Below are positions 42,334 to 51,985 of a stretch of DNA of 64,000 nucleotides, piece after piece. The position numbers and the translations under genes are program-made. The DNA comes from an uncultured delta proteobacterium (GTDB taxonomy: Bacteria > Myxococcota_A > Polyangia > Polyangiales > Polyangiaceae), in the NCBI GenBank assembly GCA_963850305.1, contig CAWKKR010000008.1:1152001-1216000 (forward strand), in the 5' to 3' direction. The notes beneath the pieces were generated by a model, which saw nothing but the letters and a program-made list of their open reading frames with translations, was not told the origin of the DNA and ran no database searches. Numbering within the stretch: the first letter of the stretch is position 1; every line of letters begins with the position of its first letter.

Positions 42334-43029
42334 ATGCGAAACCTCGCAAAAGCGCTGACGAAGAAGGCCCGCGGCTCCGTTCGCCACCTGCAACGAAGCT
42401 ACGTGGTCGATGAATTCAACTACCTTTATTACCACGGCGTGAACGGCGTGCAGCCGTTCTCCACGATGTCCTGGTTCGGCGTTGAGGCACTGAAATGCCC
42501 CGCGGATATGTGGATCTATCAAGAGCTGCTGTACCGGACGACGCCCGACGTTATCGTCGAGTGCGGCGTTCGGTTCGGCGGAAGCAGTCTGTACCTCGCG
42601 CACCTCTGCGACCTGCTGGGCAAGGGCCGTGTGATCGGGTGCGATATCGCGCTGTCCGCGGTTCACGACAAAACGCGCTCGCACCCGCGTATCAAGCTGT
42701 TCGAGGGCAGCTCGACGGACCCGGCCATGGTCGAGCGGATCGTGCGCGAGTGCGCGGGCCAACGGACCATGGTGATCCTCGACTCCGACCACTCCGAACG
42801 GCACGTGACAGCCGAGCTTGAAGCCTATTCGCCGCTCGTCTCACAGGGCTGTTACCTCATCGTCGAGGACACGAACGTCAACGGGCACCCCGCGTTTCCG
42901 ACACATGGCCCGGGCCCCTACGAAGCCGTGCACAAGTTCCTCGCCAAAAATACAGGGTGGAAAGTGGACAAGGACTGCGAGCGGTTGCTCGTGACGTTCA
43001 ATCCGTCCGGCTATTTGCTCAGAATTTAA
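42334..43029 (+). CDS. CmcI-family (cephalosporin hydroxylase-like / rhamnosyl O-) methyltransferase
   Basis: KCPADMWIYQE, PDVIVECG, GGS, ILDSDH, YLIVEDT, GP-x-EAV. Confidence 0.9.
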   Translation: MRNLAKALTKKARGSVRHLQRSYVVDEFNYLYYHGVNGVQPFSTMSWFGVEALKCPADMWIYQELLYRTTPDVIVECGVRFGGSSLYLAHLCDLLGKGRVIGCDIALSAVHDKTRSHPRIKLFEGSSTDPAMVERIVRECAGQRTMVILDSDHSERHVTAELEAYSPLVSQGCYLIVEDTNVNGHPAFPTHGPGPYEAVHKFLAKNTGWKVDKDCERLLVTFNPSGYLLRI

Positions 43030-43067
43030 GGCACACGCAGCTTCAGCGCGACGTGTGCAGCGCATAC

Positions 43068-43290
43068 GGAGGAGCGCACGTGGCGGCACCTGGACACGAT
43101 GCAGTTGCAGACGCTGCTCCACGCGCGCATTCCCCGGGTGAATTGCTCGGAGCACGGCGTGCGGCAGGTGCGGGTTCCGTGGGCGGAGCCGAAGTCGCGG
43201 TTCACTCTGCTCTTCGAGCGGTTCGCGATCGACGTGATGCTCGAGACGGACGGCTCCGGCGCTGCGAAGATCCTCGGGCTGAGCTGCGTC
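43068..43290 (+). pseudogene. ISL3-family transposase internal fragment
   Basis: ERTWRHLDTMQLQTLLHARIPRVNCSEHGVRQVRVPWAEPKSRFTLLFE (zf-ISL3 region); no start and no catalytic domain. Confidence 0.85.
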
Positions 43291-43649
43291 AGGGACGGGT
43301 AATTTCGTCATAGCGTGAGGGGAGCGCGTGCTCTCACCCCCGCCGCTTCCTCGCCATTCGCTTCGCCTCACGCTCGGTCGGCGCCCACGTTGGAGTCCAG
43401 AAAGTCTTGCTCGTCTCGGGCGACAACGGCGCCGATCCGAACAAGGTCGTCGCGATCACCGACGATGTGCGCGCAACCACGATGACGAGCGCGGTGGCAC
43501 GTGAATCGTTCAGCGTCGTCGCCGGACCGACGTACGGGACCTGTTACCGCGGCGTCGCGTACGTGAACTGATCCGAGAGCTCGCTCATCTTCGCAAAAGC
43601 TTCGGTGAGCGCCCACACGAGGACTCGGAGGGCCGATGCGGCGGCCAGA

Positions 43650-44315
43650 TCAGGGGCCTCCCTCGGATACAGGGCGCGCGCGCCACGTGGCGCCGTCCCA
43701 CCCGAGAATCGTTCCACCGCCGCCGACCGCCCATGCTTCTCTCGGCGAGAGCGCCCAGACAGCGGCGAGCCCCTCCGAGACTCCGGTGGGGAACGTCGTC
43801 CACCGCTGACCGTCGAAGTGAGCAATGAGTCCATCGAGACCCACGAGCCACACGTCGTTCGAGCCGGTGCCGTTCATGCCGAACGCCTCGAAGCTGACGT
43901 CCGTCGTGTTCCAGTGCGTGCCGTCCCAGTGCTGGAGCGGCGCACGATACGGAGCGATCCAGACGTCATCGGCGTCGGAACCCCAGAGTGCTCTCGGTGA
44001 TCCGCCGCTGTAATCGACCGCGTCGAAGTTCGATCCGTCTCCGTGCGCCACGAAGCCGACGTCGCCGTCGCCCGGGCCGCCCGTCCACACGTCGCTGGAG
44101 TCGTACGCCCACACGTCCCAGAGTGTGTGTACAGAACCGGTGAGCGCTTCGTCCCACTCGGTCCCGTTCCAGTGACGAAGCAGACCGGTGTCCACGTCCG
44201 TCGCGAGGCCCGCCATCCACACGTCGTTGGGCCCCGTCTCCCAGACGCTCAGCAACAATTCGCTCAACGTTGTCGCAGCAGTCCGCATCTGGAGGCTGAT
44301 TCGTGGAACGGACAC
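43650..44315 (-). CDS. Trp-rich beta-repeat protein (VW-x4-DVW...HWDG repeats), probably 5'-truncated
   Basis: Five repeats of a VWG/DVW/HWDG-type motif; no signal peptide. Confidence 0.6.
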   Translation of the reverse strand: MSVPRISLQMRTAATTLSELLLSVWETGPNDVWMAGLATDVDTGLLRHWNGTEWDEALTGSVHTLWDVWAYDSSDVWTGGPGDGDVGFVAHGDGSNFDAVDYSGGSPRALWGSDADDVWIAPYRAPLQHWDGTHWNTTDVSFEAFGMNGTGSNDVWLVGLDGLIAHFDGQRWTTFPTGVSEGLAAVWALSPREAWAVGGGGTILGWDGATWRARPVSEGGP

Positions 44316-44333
44316 TTGATGGTCACGCAGCCG

Positions 44334-45449
44334 TCACGCGGGAAAGACGAGGCGGCAGCGAACACCCACCCCGGACCGGTTCGAGATCTCGATCGCACCC
44401 CGCATGTCCCGGATCGCGCGCCGCACATACCAGAGCCGGATGCCGGCGCTCCACGCTCGCGCGCGACCCGTGTACTCGACGCTGAACACTCGGTCGATCT
44501 CCTCCGCGGGAATACTGGGCCCACGGTCGTCGACCTGCACGATCACACGACCTTCCTCCTGGAACGCGCGCACCTCCACGTGCGGCTCCTGCGAGGGGCC
44601 CGCCGCGCCGCTGAACGCCTCCGTCGCGTGATGGAGCGCGGTCATGATTGCGTACCGAACGAACAGGGGGTCGCCCCGCACGAAGAGACTGGGCTCGCTC
44701 TCCAGCCGTAGCGTCACCGGCTCCGCCGCGGCACTGGCCACCACGGAGCGGAGCAGGTGCACCAGATCCACCCGCGCATCTTCGTGACCGAGCGGGTAGG
44801 GCAGGCCTCGGAGGGTGCGCAGAGTGTCTGCGATCCGCCAGCACTGTCCCAGCAGGTCATCGACGCTCGCGTGTGCGAGTGGAGACAGCGTACGGTCGAG
44901 CTGGGCTGCTCGCGAGCTCTCGAGGGAAGAGATGAGGATCATGAGCGGATTGGCTACCTCGTGGCTGACGGCTCCGGAAACCAGCTCCACCGCCTTGGCG
45001 ACGAGGTCCGTCGCGCTCCCGACGAGCTGGCGTCGATCGGCAACGACACTCCGCACCGTCCGCCCGAGCGCTTCGGCATCGAACGGCTTTCGGATGATCT
45101 GGTCCGCATCGATGGCGCGCGCCTGGGGCGCGTCGTCAGCGGTGAGCACGATGACGGGGACCTCTCTCAAGGCAGGATCGCCGCGCTGGTGGATCCGAAA
45201 GCTCCAGCCGTCCATGGTGGGCATCCAGAGGTCGAGCAGAACGACGTCGATGGGCCCGTTCTTTCGCATCGTCTCGAGCGCGACGGCTCCGTTCGGCGCC
45301 TCGAGGACGCGAGAGCCGTCAGAGCCCAGGAGCTCGGCTACTGCCGCGCGCACGTCGTCATCGTCCTCCACGACGAGAATGGATAACGGCCGTGCCTCCG
45401 GGGAGGGCCCGCCCTTTGACGCTCCGACGGAATCCATGACTGCACGCAT
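44334..45449 (-). CDS. REC + HisKA + degenerate HATPase hybrid protein
   Basis: REC VEDD/LDLWMP/LTA/KPF; H-box SHEVANPL; altered N and G boxes. Start uncertain (45437-45536). Confidence 0.8.
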   Translation of the reverse strand: MRAVMDSVGASKGGPSPEARPLSILVVEDDDDVRAAVAELLGSDGSRVLEAPNGAVALETMRKNGPIDVVLLDLWMPTMDGWSFRIHQRGDPALREVPVIVLTADDAPQARAIDADQIIRKPFDAEALGRTVRSVVADRRQLVGSATDLVAKAVELVSGAVSHEVANPLMILISSLESSRAAQLDRTLSPLAHASVDDLLGQCWRIADTLRTLRGLPYPLGHEDARVDLVHLLRSVVASAAAEPVTLRLESEPSLFVRGDPLFVRYAIMTALHHATEAFSGAAGPSQEPHVEVRAFQEEGRVIVQVDDRGPSIPAEEIDRVFSVEYTGRARAWSAGIRLWYVRRAIRDMRGAIEISNRSGVGVRCRLVFPA

Positions 45450-45631
45450 TGGGTTTTCCTCGCGGTGTTGGTACGTCCCGCCCTGGCTCGTAGCAAGATG
45501 TGCACCAGCCCCCCCGGCATGTCCGGAAGGTGACATTGCCCGAGATCGGCTCGACAGGGTGCCTCACTGTTGCGTTTCTCCGCGGCATTGCGCTCCGCCG
45601 GCAATCCCCTCAGGATGGTCGCTGACCTCCC

Positions 45632-46975
45632 GTGCCGAATCGCATTCTCATCGTCGAGGACGACGAAGCCACGCTGGAAGCCGTGGGCGACACGCTCGTG
45701 GAGCTGGGTTGGTCCGTGGCTCGCTGCGCGGAGCCGGTCAGCGCGCGGGAGCTGGTGGAAACGGAAGACTTCGACGTGGTCATCACGGATCTTCGTTTGC
45801 CCGGAATGAACGGCCTGGAGCTCTGCGGGCGCCTCTGCCTGAGTCGCCCCGACCTTCCCGTCGTGCTCATGACGGCCTTCGGAGACACCCGGTCCGTCGC
45901 AGGAGCCATGCGCTCCGGCGCCGTCGACTTCCTCCAGAAGCCGTTCTCGCGGGAGGGGCTCCGGGTCGCCGTCGAGCGAGCGCTCGAGAAGAAGAAGGGG
46001 CTCACCAGGGTGCAGCGGCTGCCGAAGGACGACTCGGACGACGACAGCGCGCTGCCTTCGATGATCGGCTCGAGTCCTCCCATGCGCGTTCTGTCGCGCC
46101 AGGTGCGTCAGGTAGCGAAAGTCGACACCTGCGTGCTGGTCACGGGCGAGACGGGCACCGGTAAAGAGCTCGTCGCGCGAGCGCTGCACGCCTCGAGCAA
46201 CCGCTCACAGGGTCCGTTCGTCGCGATCAACTGTGCGGCCCTGCCCGCCGACATCATCGAGAGCGAGCTCTTCGGACATGCGCACGGCGCCTTCACGGGC
46301 GCGGTGAAGAGTCGCATCGGGCTCTTTCGCGCCGCCGCCGGGGGCACCCTGTTTCTCGACGAGATCGGCGCCATGCCGCTGTCACTTCAGTCCCGGTTGC
46401 TCCGCACCATGGACTCCGGGGCCGTGCGTGGGATCGGCAAGGTCGAGGAGGAGGAGGTCGACGTCCGCTTCGTCGCCGCCACGAACGCCGAGCTCGCGGA
46501 CGCCGCTGCGGAAGGAGCGTTCCGGGGAGATCTCCTGCTGCGGCTAGCCGCGTTCCCGCTGCACGTCCCGCCGCTCCGGGCACGGGGCGACGACGTGATC
46601 GAGCTCGCCGTGCACTTCCTCGCGCGGTTCGCCCAGACAGGGATCAGGCCCGAGCTTGCACCCCCGGCGGCGCGAGCACTCCGCCGCTACGGGTGGCCTG
46701 GCAACGTGCGAGAGCTGGAGAACTGCATTCATGCGGCCGTCGTCGCCGCTGACTCGGGCGTGATCGCCGCGGACCACTTGCCCGCGCGCGTTCGCGACAA
46801 CGTCCATCTGAAGCTCGACGCCGCTCCGGAGCCGCTCGGGCTCCACGAGGTGAAGCGGCTGCACATCGGGCGCATCCTTTCGGAAACCGGCGGCAATCGC
46901 TCGGCTGCGGCCCGCAAGCTCGGGATGAATCGGGTCACCCTCTACCGGAAATTGAAGCGATATCGGCTCGAATGA
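45632..46975 (+). CDS. Sigma-54-dependent response regulator (NtrC family)
   Basis: REC, GETGTGKE, ESELFGH, GAFTGA, LFLDEIG, WPGNVRELEN, Fis-type HTH. Confidence 0.95.
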   Translation: MPNRILIVEDDEATLEAVGDTLVELGWSVARCAEPVSARELVETEDFDVVITDLRLPGMNGLELCGRLCLSRPDLPVVLMTAFGDTRSVAGAMRSGAVDFLQKPFSREGLRVAVERALEKKKGLTRVQRLPKDDSDDDSALPSMIGSSPPMRVLSRQVRQVAKVDTCVLVTGETGTGKELVARALHASSNRSQGPFVAINCAALPADIIESELFGHAHGAFTGAVKSRIGLFRAAAGGTLFLDEIGAMPLSLQSRLLRTMDSGAVRGIGKVEEEEVDVRFVAATNAELADAAAEGAFRGDLLLRLAAFPLHVPPLRARGDDVIELAVHFLARFAQTGIRPELAPPAARALRRYGWPGNVRELENCIHAAVVAADSGVIAADHLPARVRDNVHLKLDAAPEPLGLHEVKRLHIGRILSETGGNRSAAARKLGMNRVTLYRKLKRYRLE

Positions 46976-48339
46976 CCGGGCGCCAGTGCGTTCACCTTCT
47001 CACGAACTCCGGAGGCGGGCCGGGCGGGCACATGGATCTGGAAGCGTTCGATCTTTCGCAGGAGCGTCTTGCGATCGATGCCGAGCAACTCCGCGGCGAG
47101 CGTCCGGTTACCGCCAGCTCGATGCAGGACATCCTGGATGTGAACGCGCTCGGTTGCCTCCCAGCGTGCGCTCGATTCCCCGGGGACGGCCGCCGGCGCT
47201 TCCGACGGACGAACGGCGCGCGGAAGATCCTGTGCGCCCAGGTGATCGAACCGCGCGACGCCGACGGCGTACCCGATCGCGTTGCGAAGCTCACGCACGT
47301 TGCCGGGCCACCGGTACCGCAGCAACGCCTCCTCGAACGCGGGCGTCACGCCGACGATCTGCTTACCTGAGCGTTTTGCCGCCGACTCGCAGAACGTCTC
47401 CGCGAGGATCAGTGCGTCGAACTCCCGAGCACGAAGCGGCGGGAGCACGATCTCCAGCACCGCGAGCCGGTAATACAGATCCGAGCGAAGCAGCCCGGTC
47501 CGCACCAGCTCTTCCGGGGGCACGAGGCTGGAAACGACGAGTCGAAAATCCGTCGCGAGCTCCTCTTCAGAACCGACGGCGCGCACGGAGCGCTGCTGAA
47601 GGGACCGGAGAAGCTTCGCCTGGAGCTCCGGTGTCAGCGCCCCGAGGTCGTCGAGGAACAGCGTCCCGCCGTGCGCAGCCCGCATCAGGCCCGGGTGCGA
47701 CGACTGAGCCCCACTGAAGGCGCCTTTGACGTACCCAAAGAGCTCGCTCTCCGCGAGCGCATTGGGGATGGACGCGCATTCGACTGCCACGAACGGGCCG
47801 CGAGAGCGGGGCCCCTGGGAGTGCAGCAGCCGAGCGACGAGCTCCTTCCCCGTGCCGCTCTCGCCGACGAGGACCACGGTCACATCCGAAACCGCCGCAC
47901 GCGTCACATCCTCGCGGAGCCGAACGATTGCCAGGCTCTCCCCTTGCAGGCCGCCCCACGATGGCTGAATCTGCCCGCGGGGCCGGCTCCGGATCATCGC
48001 CTCCGATCGCGCGCGGTGGAGCGCGGCGCCGAGATCCATCGTCATCGCCGCGCGATCGACGTAGTCCCACGCGCCCGCTCTCAGCGCCCGCACCGCCGAC
48101 CGCATCTGGGAATCTCCCACGATGATGATCGGAAGCCCTGGGTAGTCGCGCGCCAGATCACGGCACAGGACGTCCACGTCGCAGTCGAGCGCGTCGGGAT
48201 CCGCGACGATCGCGTCCGCGTCGGCACCGCGTCCCGGCGAGGCGAACGAGACGAAGCGCATACCGAGAGCGCGCAGCGCCTGGCGCAGGGTCTCCTCGCT
48301 GGGGCTGCGAGAGACGACGAGGGCAGCGGCGGATCGCAT
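46942..48339 (-). CDS. Sigma-54-interacting activator with degenerate receiver domain
   Basis: GESGTGKE, GAFSGA, LFLDDLG, WPGNVRELRN, Fis HTH; 3' end overlaps the convergent NtrC gene by 34 bp. Confidence 0.88.
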   Translation of the reverse strand: MRSAAALVVSRSPSEETLRQALRALGMRFVSFASPGRGADADAIVADPDALDCDVDVLCRDLARDYPGLPIIIVGDSQMRSAVRALRAGAWDYVDRAAMTMDLGAALHRARSEAMIRSRPRGQIQPSWGGLQGESLAIVRLREDVTRAAVSDVTVVLVGESGTGKELVARLLHSQGPRSRGPFVAVECASIPNALAESELFGYVKGAFSGAQSSHPGLMRAAHGGTLFLDDLGALTPELQAKLLRSLQQRSVRAVGSEEELATDFRLVVSSLVPPEELVRTGLLRSDLYYRLAVLEIVLPPLRAREFDALILAETFCESAAKRSGKQIVGVTPAFEEALLRYRWPGNVRELRNAIGYAVGVARFDHLGAQDLPRAVRPSEAPAAVPGESSARWEATERVHIQDVLHRAGGNRTLAAELLGIDRKTLLRKIERFQIHVPARPASGVREKVNALAPGHSSRYRFNFR

Positions 48340-48614
48340 CGTCCTGGCTGGGCAATCTACCACCCCATGCGTCGGGGGATAGGCTCCCCTTCGGCGCGAT
48401 GTGGCAGGCGCTCTCACATTCGCTCGCGGCGAGCCCACGCAGTCGAGCCTTGGGGAGCGCCACGCGCGGGGACCGAGGTCGTTCTCACGCGCGACGATGA
48501 ATGCCGACTGCGTGCGCTCTGAACTTCGACCACGTAGCGCTCGCTCGACGCGACCGGCTCGGCGCCGTCGTCGCGAACCTCCCGTCCGCACGTTGGAGCG
48601 AAGCGGAGCGGGCT

Positions 48615-49595
48615 CTACTCATCGCGTACGGTTTCGCGCAGCCATCGCAATAAGCGTGAGCGGCCCAGTTGAGAGCGCGACGAGCGTCCCAGCGCCGCCA
48701 CCGTCGCCCGGCCGAGGCTCACGCCGTTGCAGCACCCAGCCTCTTGGGGACGCTCAAAGTGTCGGGCGCGCTCGTGCACAAGAAGCGTCCCTGTGGTCCA
48801 TGTCGCCGCGAAGATGAGCAGCAACGGGAGCCACGATCCGGTGAAACTCGAGAACATCGCCAGACTGCGCTCCACGAAGCACGCGACGATGACGAGATCG
48901 AGCATGGCCACGAATACCGCGAAGGCGAACGCCGTGGGAAGAGGCGCAGACGCTCTTGACCCGCGGAAGTAGCTGACCGAGACAGCGGCGAAGATGAGCG
49001 GCGCCGCCGCGGCGTGGAGCAGCAGCGCGGTCGTCAGGGTCGTCGTCGCGAGGAGAGCAGCCATGGTCGCTCCGCACAACGCCCAGCCGGCAAGCGCATG
49101 CAACGCCGGGCGAGCGAGGTAGCGCATCGAGGTCCGCAGGCTTCCAGCGCGACTCTCGCAAAGGACCGCGGTGATCTGCGTCGCCAGGCCGAGGAGCAGG
49201 CAGACCGCGTGCAGCCAGTGAACACCCTGAAGGAGCAGCATCTCGACGACGATCCACGTCACCAAGATCCCTCCCGAGACGAACGCGGCTCGATTCGCCA
49301 GTACGTGCCTCCGGAGCGCGACGACGCCCGCGACCGTGTTGGCCACACCTACGACGCCGGCGAGCAGGAGTCCCGGGATCAAGAAGTCGCGGAAGGGCGT
49401 GCGCTTGAGAATCGAGATTGGTAGTCGAATGATTGACCCGTCCGTCCTCCAGACGAGCTCCGCACCTCCCCAAAGGGCTGTCAGCCCTGCAAACAGGCAA
49501 AGCGTTGCGAGCAGGACGCGCAACGACCCGGCGCGTGGCCGCCCTGGCTGCGCGCGCGCCGGCGACGCAAGGAGGGAATGATCTTTCGCTGCCAC
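48615..49595 (-). CDS. Hypothetical polytopic membrane protein
   Basis: About 8 TM segments, TPF-x-DFLIPGLLL motif; start uncertain. Confidence 0.65.
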   Translation of the reverse strand: MAAKDHSLLASPARAQPGRPRAGSLRVLLATLCLFAGLTALWGGAELVWRTDGSIIRLPISILKRTPFRDFLIPGLLLAGVVGVANTVAGVVALRRHVLANRAAFVSGGILVTWIVVEMLLLQGVHWLHAVCLLLGLATQITAVLCESRAGSLRTSMRYLARPALHALAGWALCGATMAALLATTTLTTALLLHAAAAPLIFAAVSVSYFRGSRASAPLPTAFAFAVFVAMLDLVIVACFVERSLAMFSSFTGSWLPLLLIFAATWTTGTLLVHERARHFERPQEAGCCNGVSLGRATVAALGRSSRSQLGRSRLLRWLRETVRDE

Positions 49596-49607
49596 GCGGC
49601 CCTGACT

Positions 49608-49623
49608 AGCAACTGGCGTTCCG
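49608..49623 (-). promoter_or_regulatory. Putative sigma-54 (-24/-12) promoter for the membrane protein gene
   Basis: CGGAACGCCAGTTGCT fits GG-N10-GC. Confidence 0.6.
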
Positions 49624-49760
49624 TTCCTGGTTTCATGTGCCCTGGCGCCGCGCTTCGGGAGCAGCGGTGCAAGGCCTGCGCGCGCGCGCGCGAACCGCAT
49701 CCAGCCATTGCCCGCCCGAAAGACCTTCCCGCAAAATGGCCGGCCTCCCGCCGTCGGAGA

Positions 49761-49776
49761 CGGAACGCCGCGTGCA
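49761..49776 (+). promoter_or_regulatory. Putative sigma-54 (-24/-12) promoter for the dienelactone hydrolase gene
   Basis: CGGAACGCCGCGTGCA fits GG-N10-GC, ending 17 bp before the ATG. Confidence 0.55.
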
Positions 49777-49793
49777 GTAAGCCGACCTGATCC

Positions 49794-50522
49794 ATGGAAG
49801 ACGAGAGATTCGCCGGTGACGTGCCCATCCATGTCTCCGCGCCCTCGGGCAGCGACCCGGTCCCAGGAGTCATCGTTCTTCACGACGCGGGGGGAATGAG
49901 CAACGATCTGCGTCGTCAGGCGGCCTGGCTCGCCAGCGAGGGGTTCCTGGCGGCGGCGCCAGACCTCTACCACCGGGGCGGGATGTTCACGTGCATCCGG
50001 CAGATCATGCGTGACGTGGCCGCGGGAAGCGGACGCTCGTTCGACGATATCGACGCGGTTCGTTCCTGGCTAATGGGCCAACCTCGTTGCAACGGCAAGG
50101 TCGGCGTCATCGGCTTCTGCATGGGCGGTGGATTCGCGCTGGTGCTCGCCCCCGGGCACGGCTTCTCCGCTTCGAGCGTGAACTATGGAACCACCTCGAA
50201 GCGGTTCTACAGCGAGAGCTATCTGGCCGACTCGTGTCCCATCGTTGCGAGCTACGGAGCGAAGGATTGGGGGAATCGCGGCAATGCGGCGCGACTCGAG
50301 AAGGTGCTCACTGCCGTCGGCGTTCCGCACGACGTGAAGGAATATCGGGAGGCCGGCCACTCCTTCCTGAACGACCACGAGGGCGCCGGTGATCGGATCC
50401 CGATCGTCTTCAAACTCCTGAGCGCCGTCACGAGGAGCGCTTACCACGGACCTTCGGCGGAGGATGCTCGCAGACGCATCGTCGCCTTCTTCAAGACCCA
50501 TCTTGCCTCCGATGAGCACTGA
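49794..50522 (+). CDS. Dienelactone hydrolase family protein
   Basis: APDLY, GFCMGG nucleophile elbow, YG-x-x-D, AGHSF. Confidence 0.93.
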   Translation: MEDERFAGDVPIHVSAPSGSDPVPGVIVLHDAGGMSNDLRRQAAWLASEGFLAAAPDLYHRGGMFTCIRQIMRDVAAGSGRSFDDIDAVRSWLMGQPRCNGKVGVIGFCMGGGFALVLAPGHGFSASSVNYGTTSKRFYSESYLADSCPIVASYGAKDWGNRGNAARLEKVLTAVGVPHDVKEYREAGHSFLNDHEGAGDRIPIVFKLLSAVTRSAYHGPSAEDARRRIVAFFKTHLASDEH

Positions 50523-50539
50523 GCCTTTCCACCATGTCG

Positions 50540-50643
50540 CCTGAGCCGCCACCGCCAGCCGTTCCGAAAGCTCGCCCACGAAGCGGTCGAGCGCCTGCCA
50601 GTCCGTGTACTCGTGGTCGCGCGAAGTATCGGTGTCGCCCTCC
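50540..50643 (-). pseudogene. C-terminal fragment of a HemG-type flavodoxin domain protein
   Basis: EGDTDTSRDHEYTDWQALDRF matches the C-terminal motif of HemG-like flavodoxins. Confidence 0.7.
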
Positions 50644-51352
50644 GCCGGTACGTGTCGATGAGCGCGTCCCGAAACCGGCCCGTGCCCCCCTCCGGACGCG
50701 ATAGGTAGCCGTGCTTCAAGTAGCCGAGCACCATCAGCAAGACCAGCGTCGTCGCTTCTTCGGGCAGCATTCGTGTGAAGAGCCTGCGCAGACGTTCGCC
50801 CTTGAGATGCTCCGCCGACCACACGCCGATCGGCTTGCCGAAGTGCGCGATGGTGCCCAGGTCGTTGCGCAAGTTCCAGAGGCCCGCGAGCTGGTCGCGT
50901 ATCGTGGACAGCTCGATGGGTTTCTCGATTGGTGGTGCCACGTTCACCACGCGGTCGGCGCCGTCCAGAAGCCGCTTTATCTCGTCCGCATCCTCGGGGG
51001 CGAGCTCGAGAAGCGAGCGAGCCGTCGAGTCGAGATCGCGCGAGATCACGACCTCGAGGCCGTCGCGCGCGTCGCGATACGTCAAGAACCGCTCGATGAT
51101 CCTGAGAGGCACACGCGGAACGATGCCGAGCTCCTCGTAGATCCGCTGAAACGCGCCTCCCGTGAGCCAGTGAATGCAGCCGTCGATGGTGTACGGCCCG
51201 CGGCTCCACGCAGTGCAAACACCGCCGAGCGCAATGTTGTGCTCGACGATGGTCGTCCGAAAGCCGTTTACGCGCGCAAAGCAACCGGCGGAGGGCCCTG
51301 CGAGACCGCCGCCGACGATGACAACGTGCTTGTCCTTCACGAGCGTACCCAA
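50644..51352 (-). pseudogene. Phytoene desaturase-like NAD(P)/FAD oxidoreductase, N-terminal half only
   Basis: VVIVGGGLAG, GGVCTAWSR, DGCIHWL, PEGG; homology ends at IDTYRR. Confidence 0.78.
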
Positions 51353-51561
51353 GCGGCCGATAACGGCTGCCAGGAGCTTGCCACGGCATCGTGCCGCAAG
51401 ATGCGCGCCTGCATGCCGTTCGTGTTTGCTGCGGCATGGGGCAGCGACGCAGCGTGCATCGAGCAGTCCTGCGCAGCCACATCAGGACTCCCCGGTGTCA
51501 CGAAGGACGCGAAGACAAATCGCGGGTACGCGGGCGTCGCTGACTTCCGCGCGCGGCCGAC

Positions 51562-51985
51562 TCACCCCACGGTGTCTCTCATGGCGACCAGGAACGCCCT
51601 CAGAATCCGCCGGGCCTCTCGACGCGGCGTCGTGCACGCGGGCGAGGTTCACGGTTTCGTAGGCGTGGGCGATGACGTTGCGGAAGCCTGCTGCACGCAC
51701 GAGGCGCGACGCGAGCGCGGGCTCGAGGTGTCCGGCAGCGGCGAGCCGGCGAAAGGCTTCGCCGTAATTTGCCGGCGCGCCGAGCTTCAGTTTCACGCAC
51801 GCGGACATCGCGAGATCGAGAGCTATCTGTGTCGCTTGCCAGAGATGAAGGATGACGGCGTCCGACTCGTCCGTGCCCGGCCTGAGGTCCTCCGGGTTTG
51901 CGGGAAGCCGCGCCGCGACACGAGCCAGATGCCGCTCGACGGTCGCGACTTTTTCGCCCAGCACTTCGACGTCGAAGAGGCTCAT
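51562..51985 (-). CDS. HepT/DUF86 HEPN ribonuclease toxin (+1 frameshift near 51604)
   Basis: RX4HXY motif FRNVIAHAY; corrected C-terminus GPADLRAFLVAMRDTVG-stop. Confidence 0.88.

Noticed and set aside
43288..43650. Possible IS end or small gene after the ISL3 fragment
   Set aside because: No partner inverted repeat or TSD found, and no recognisable protein in any frame.
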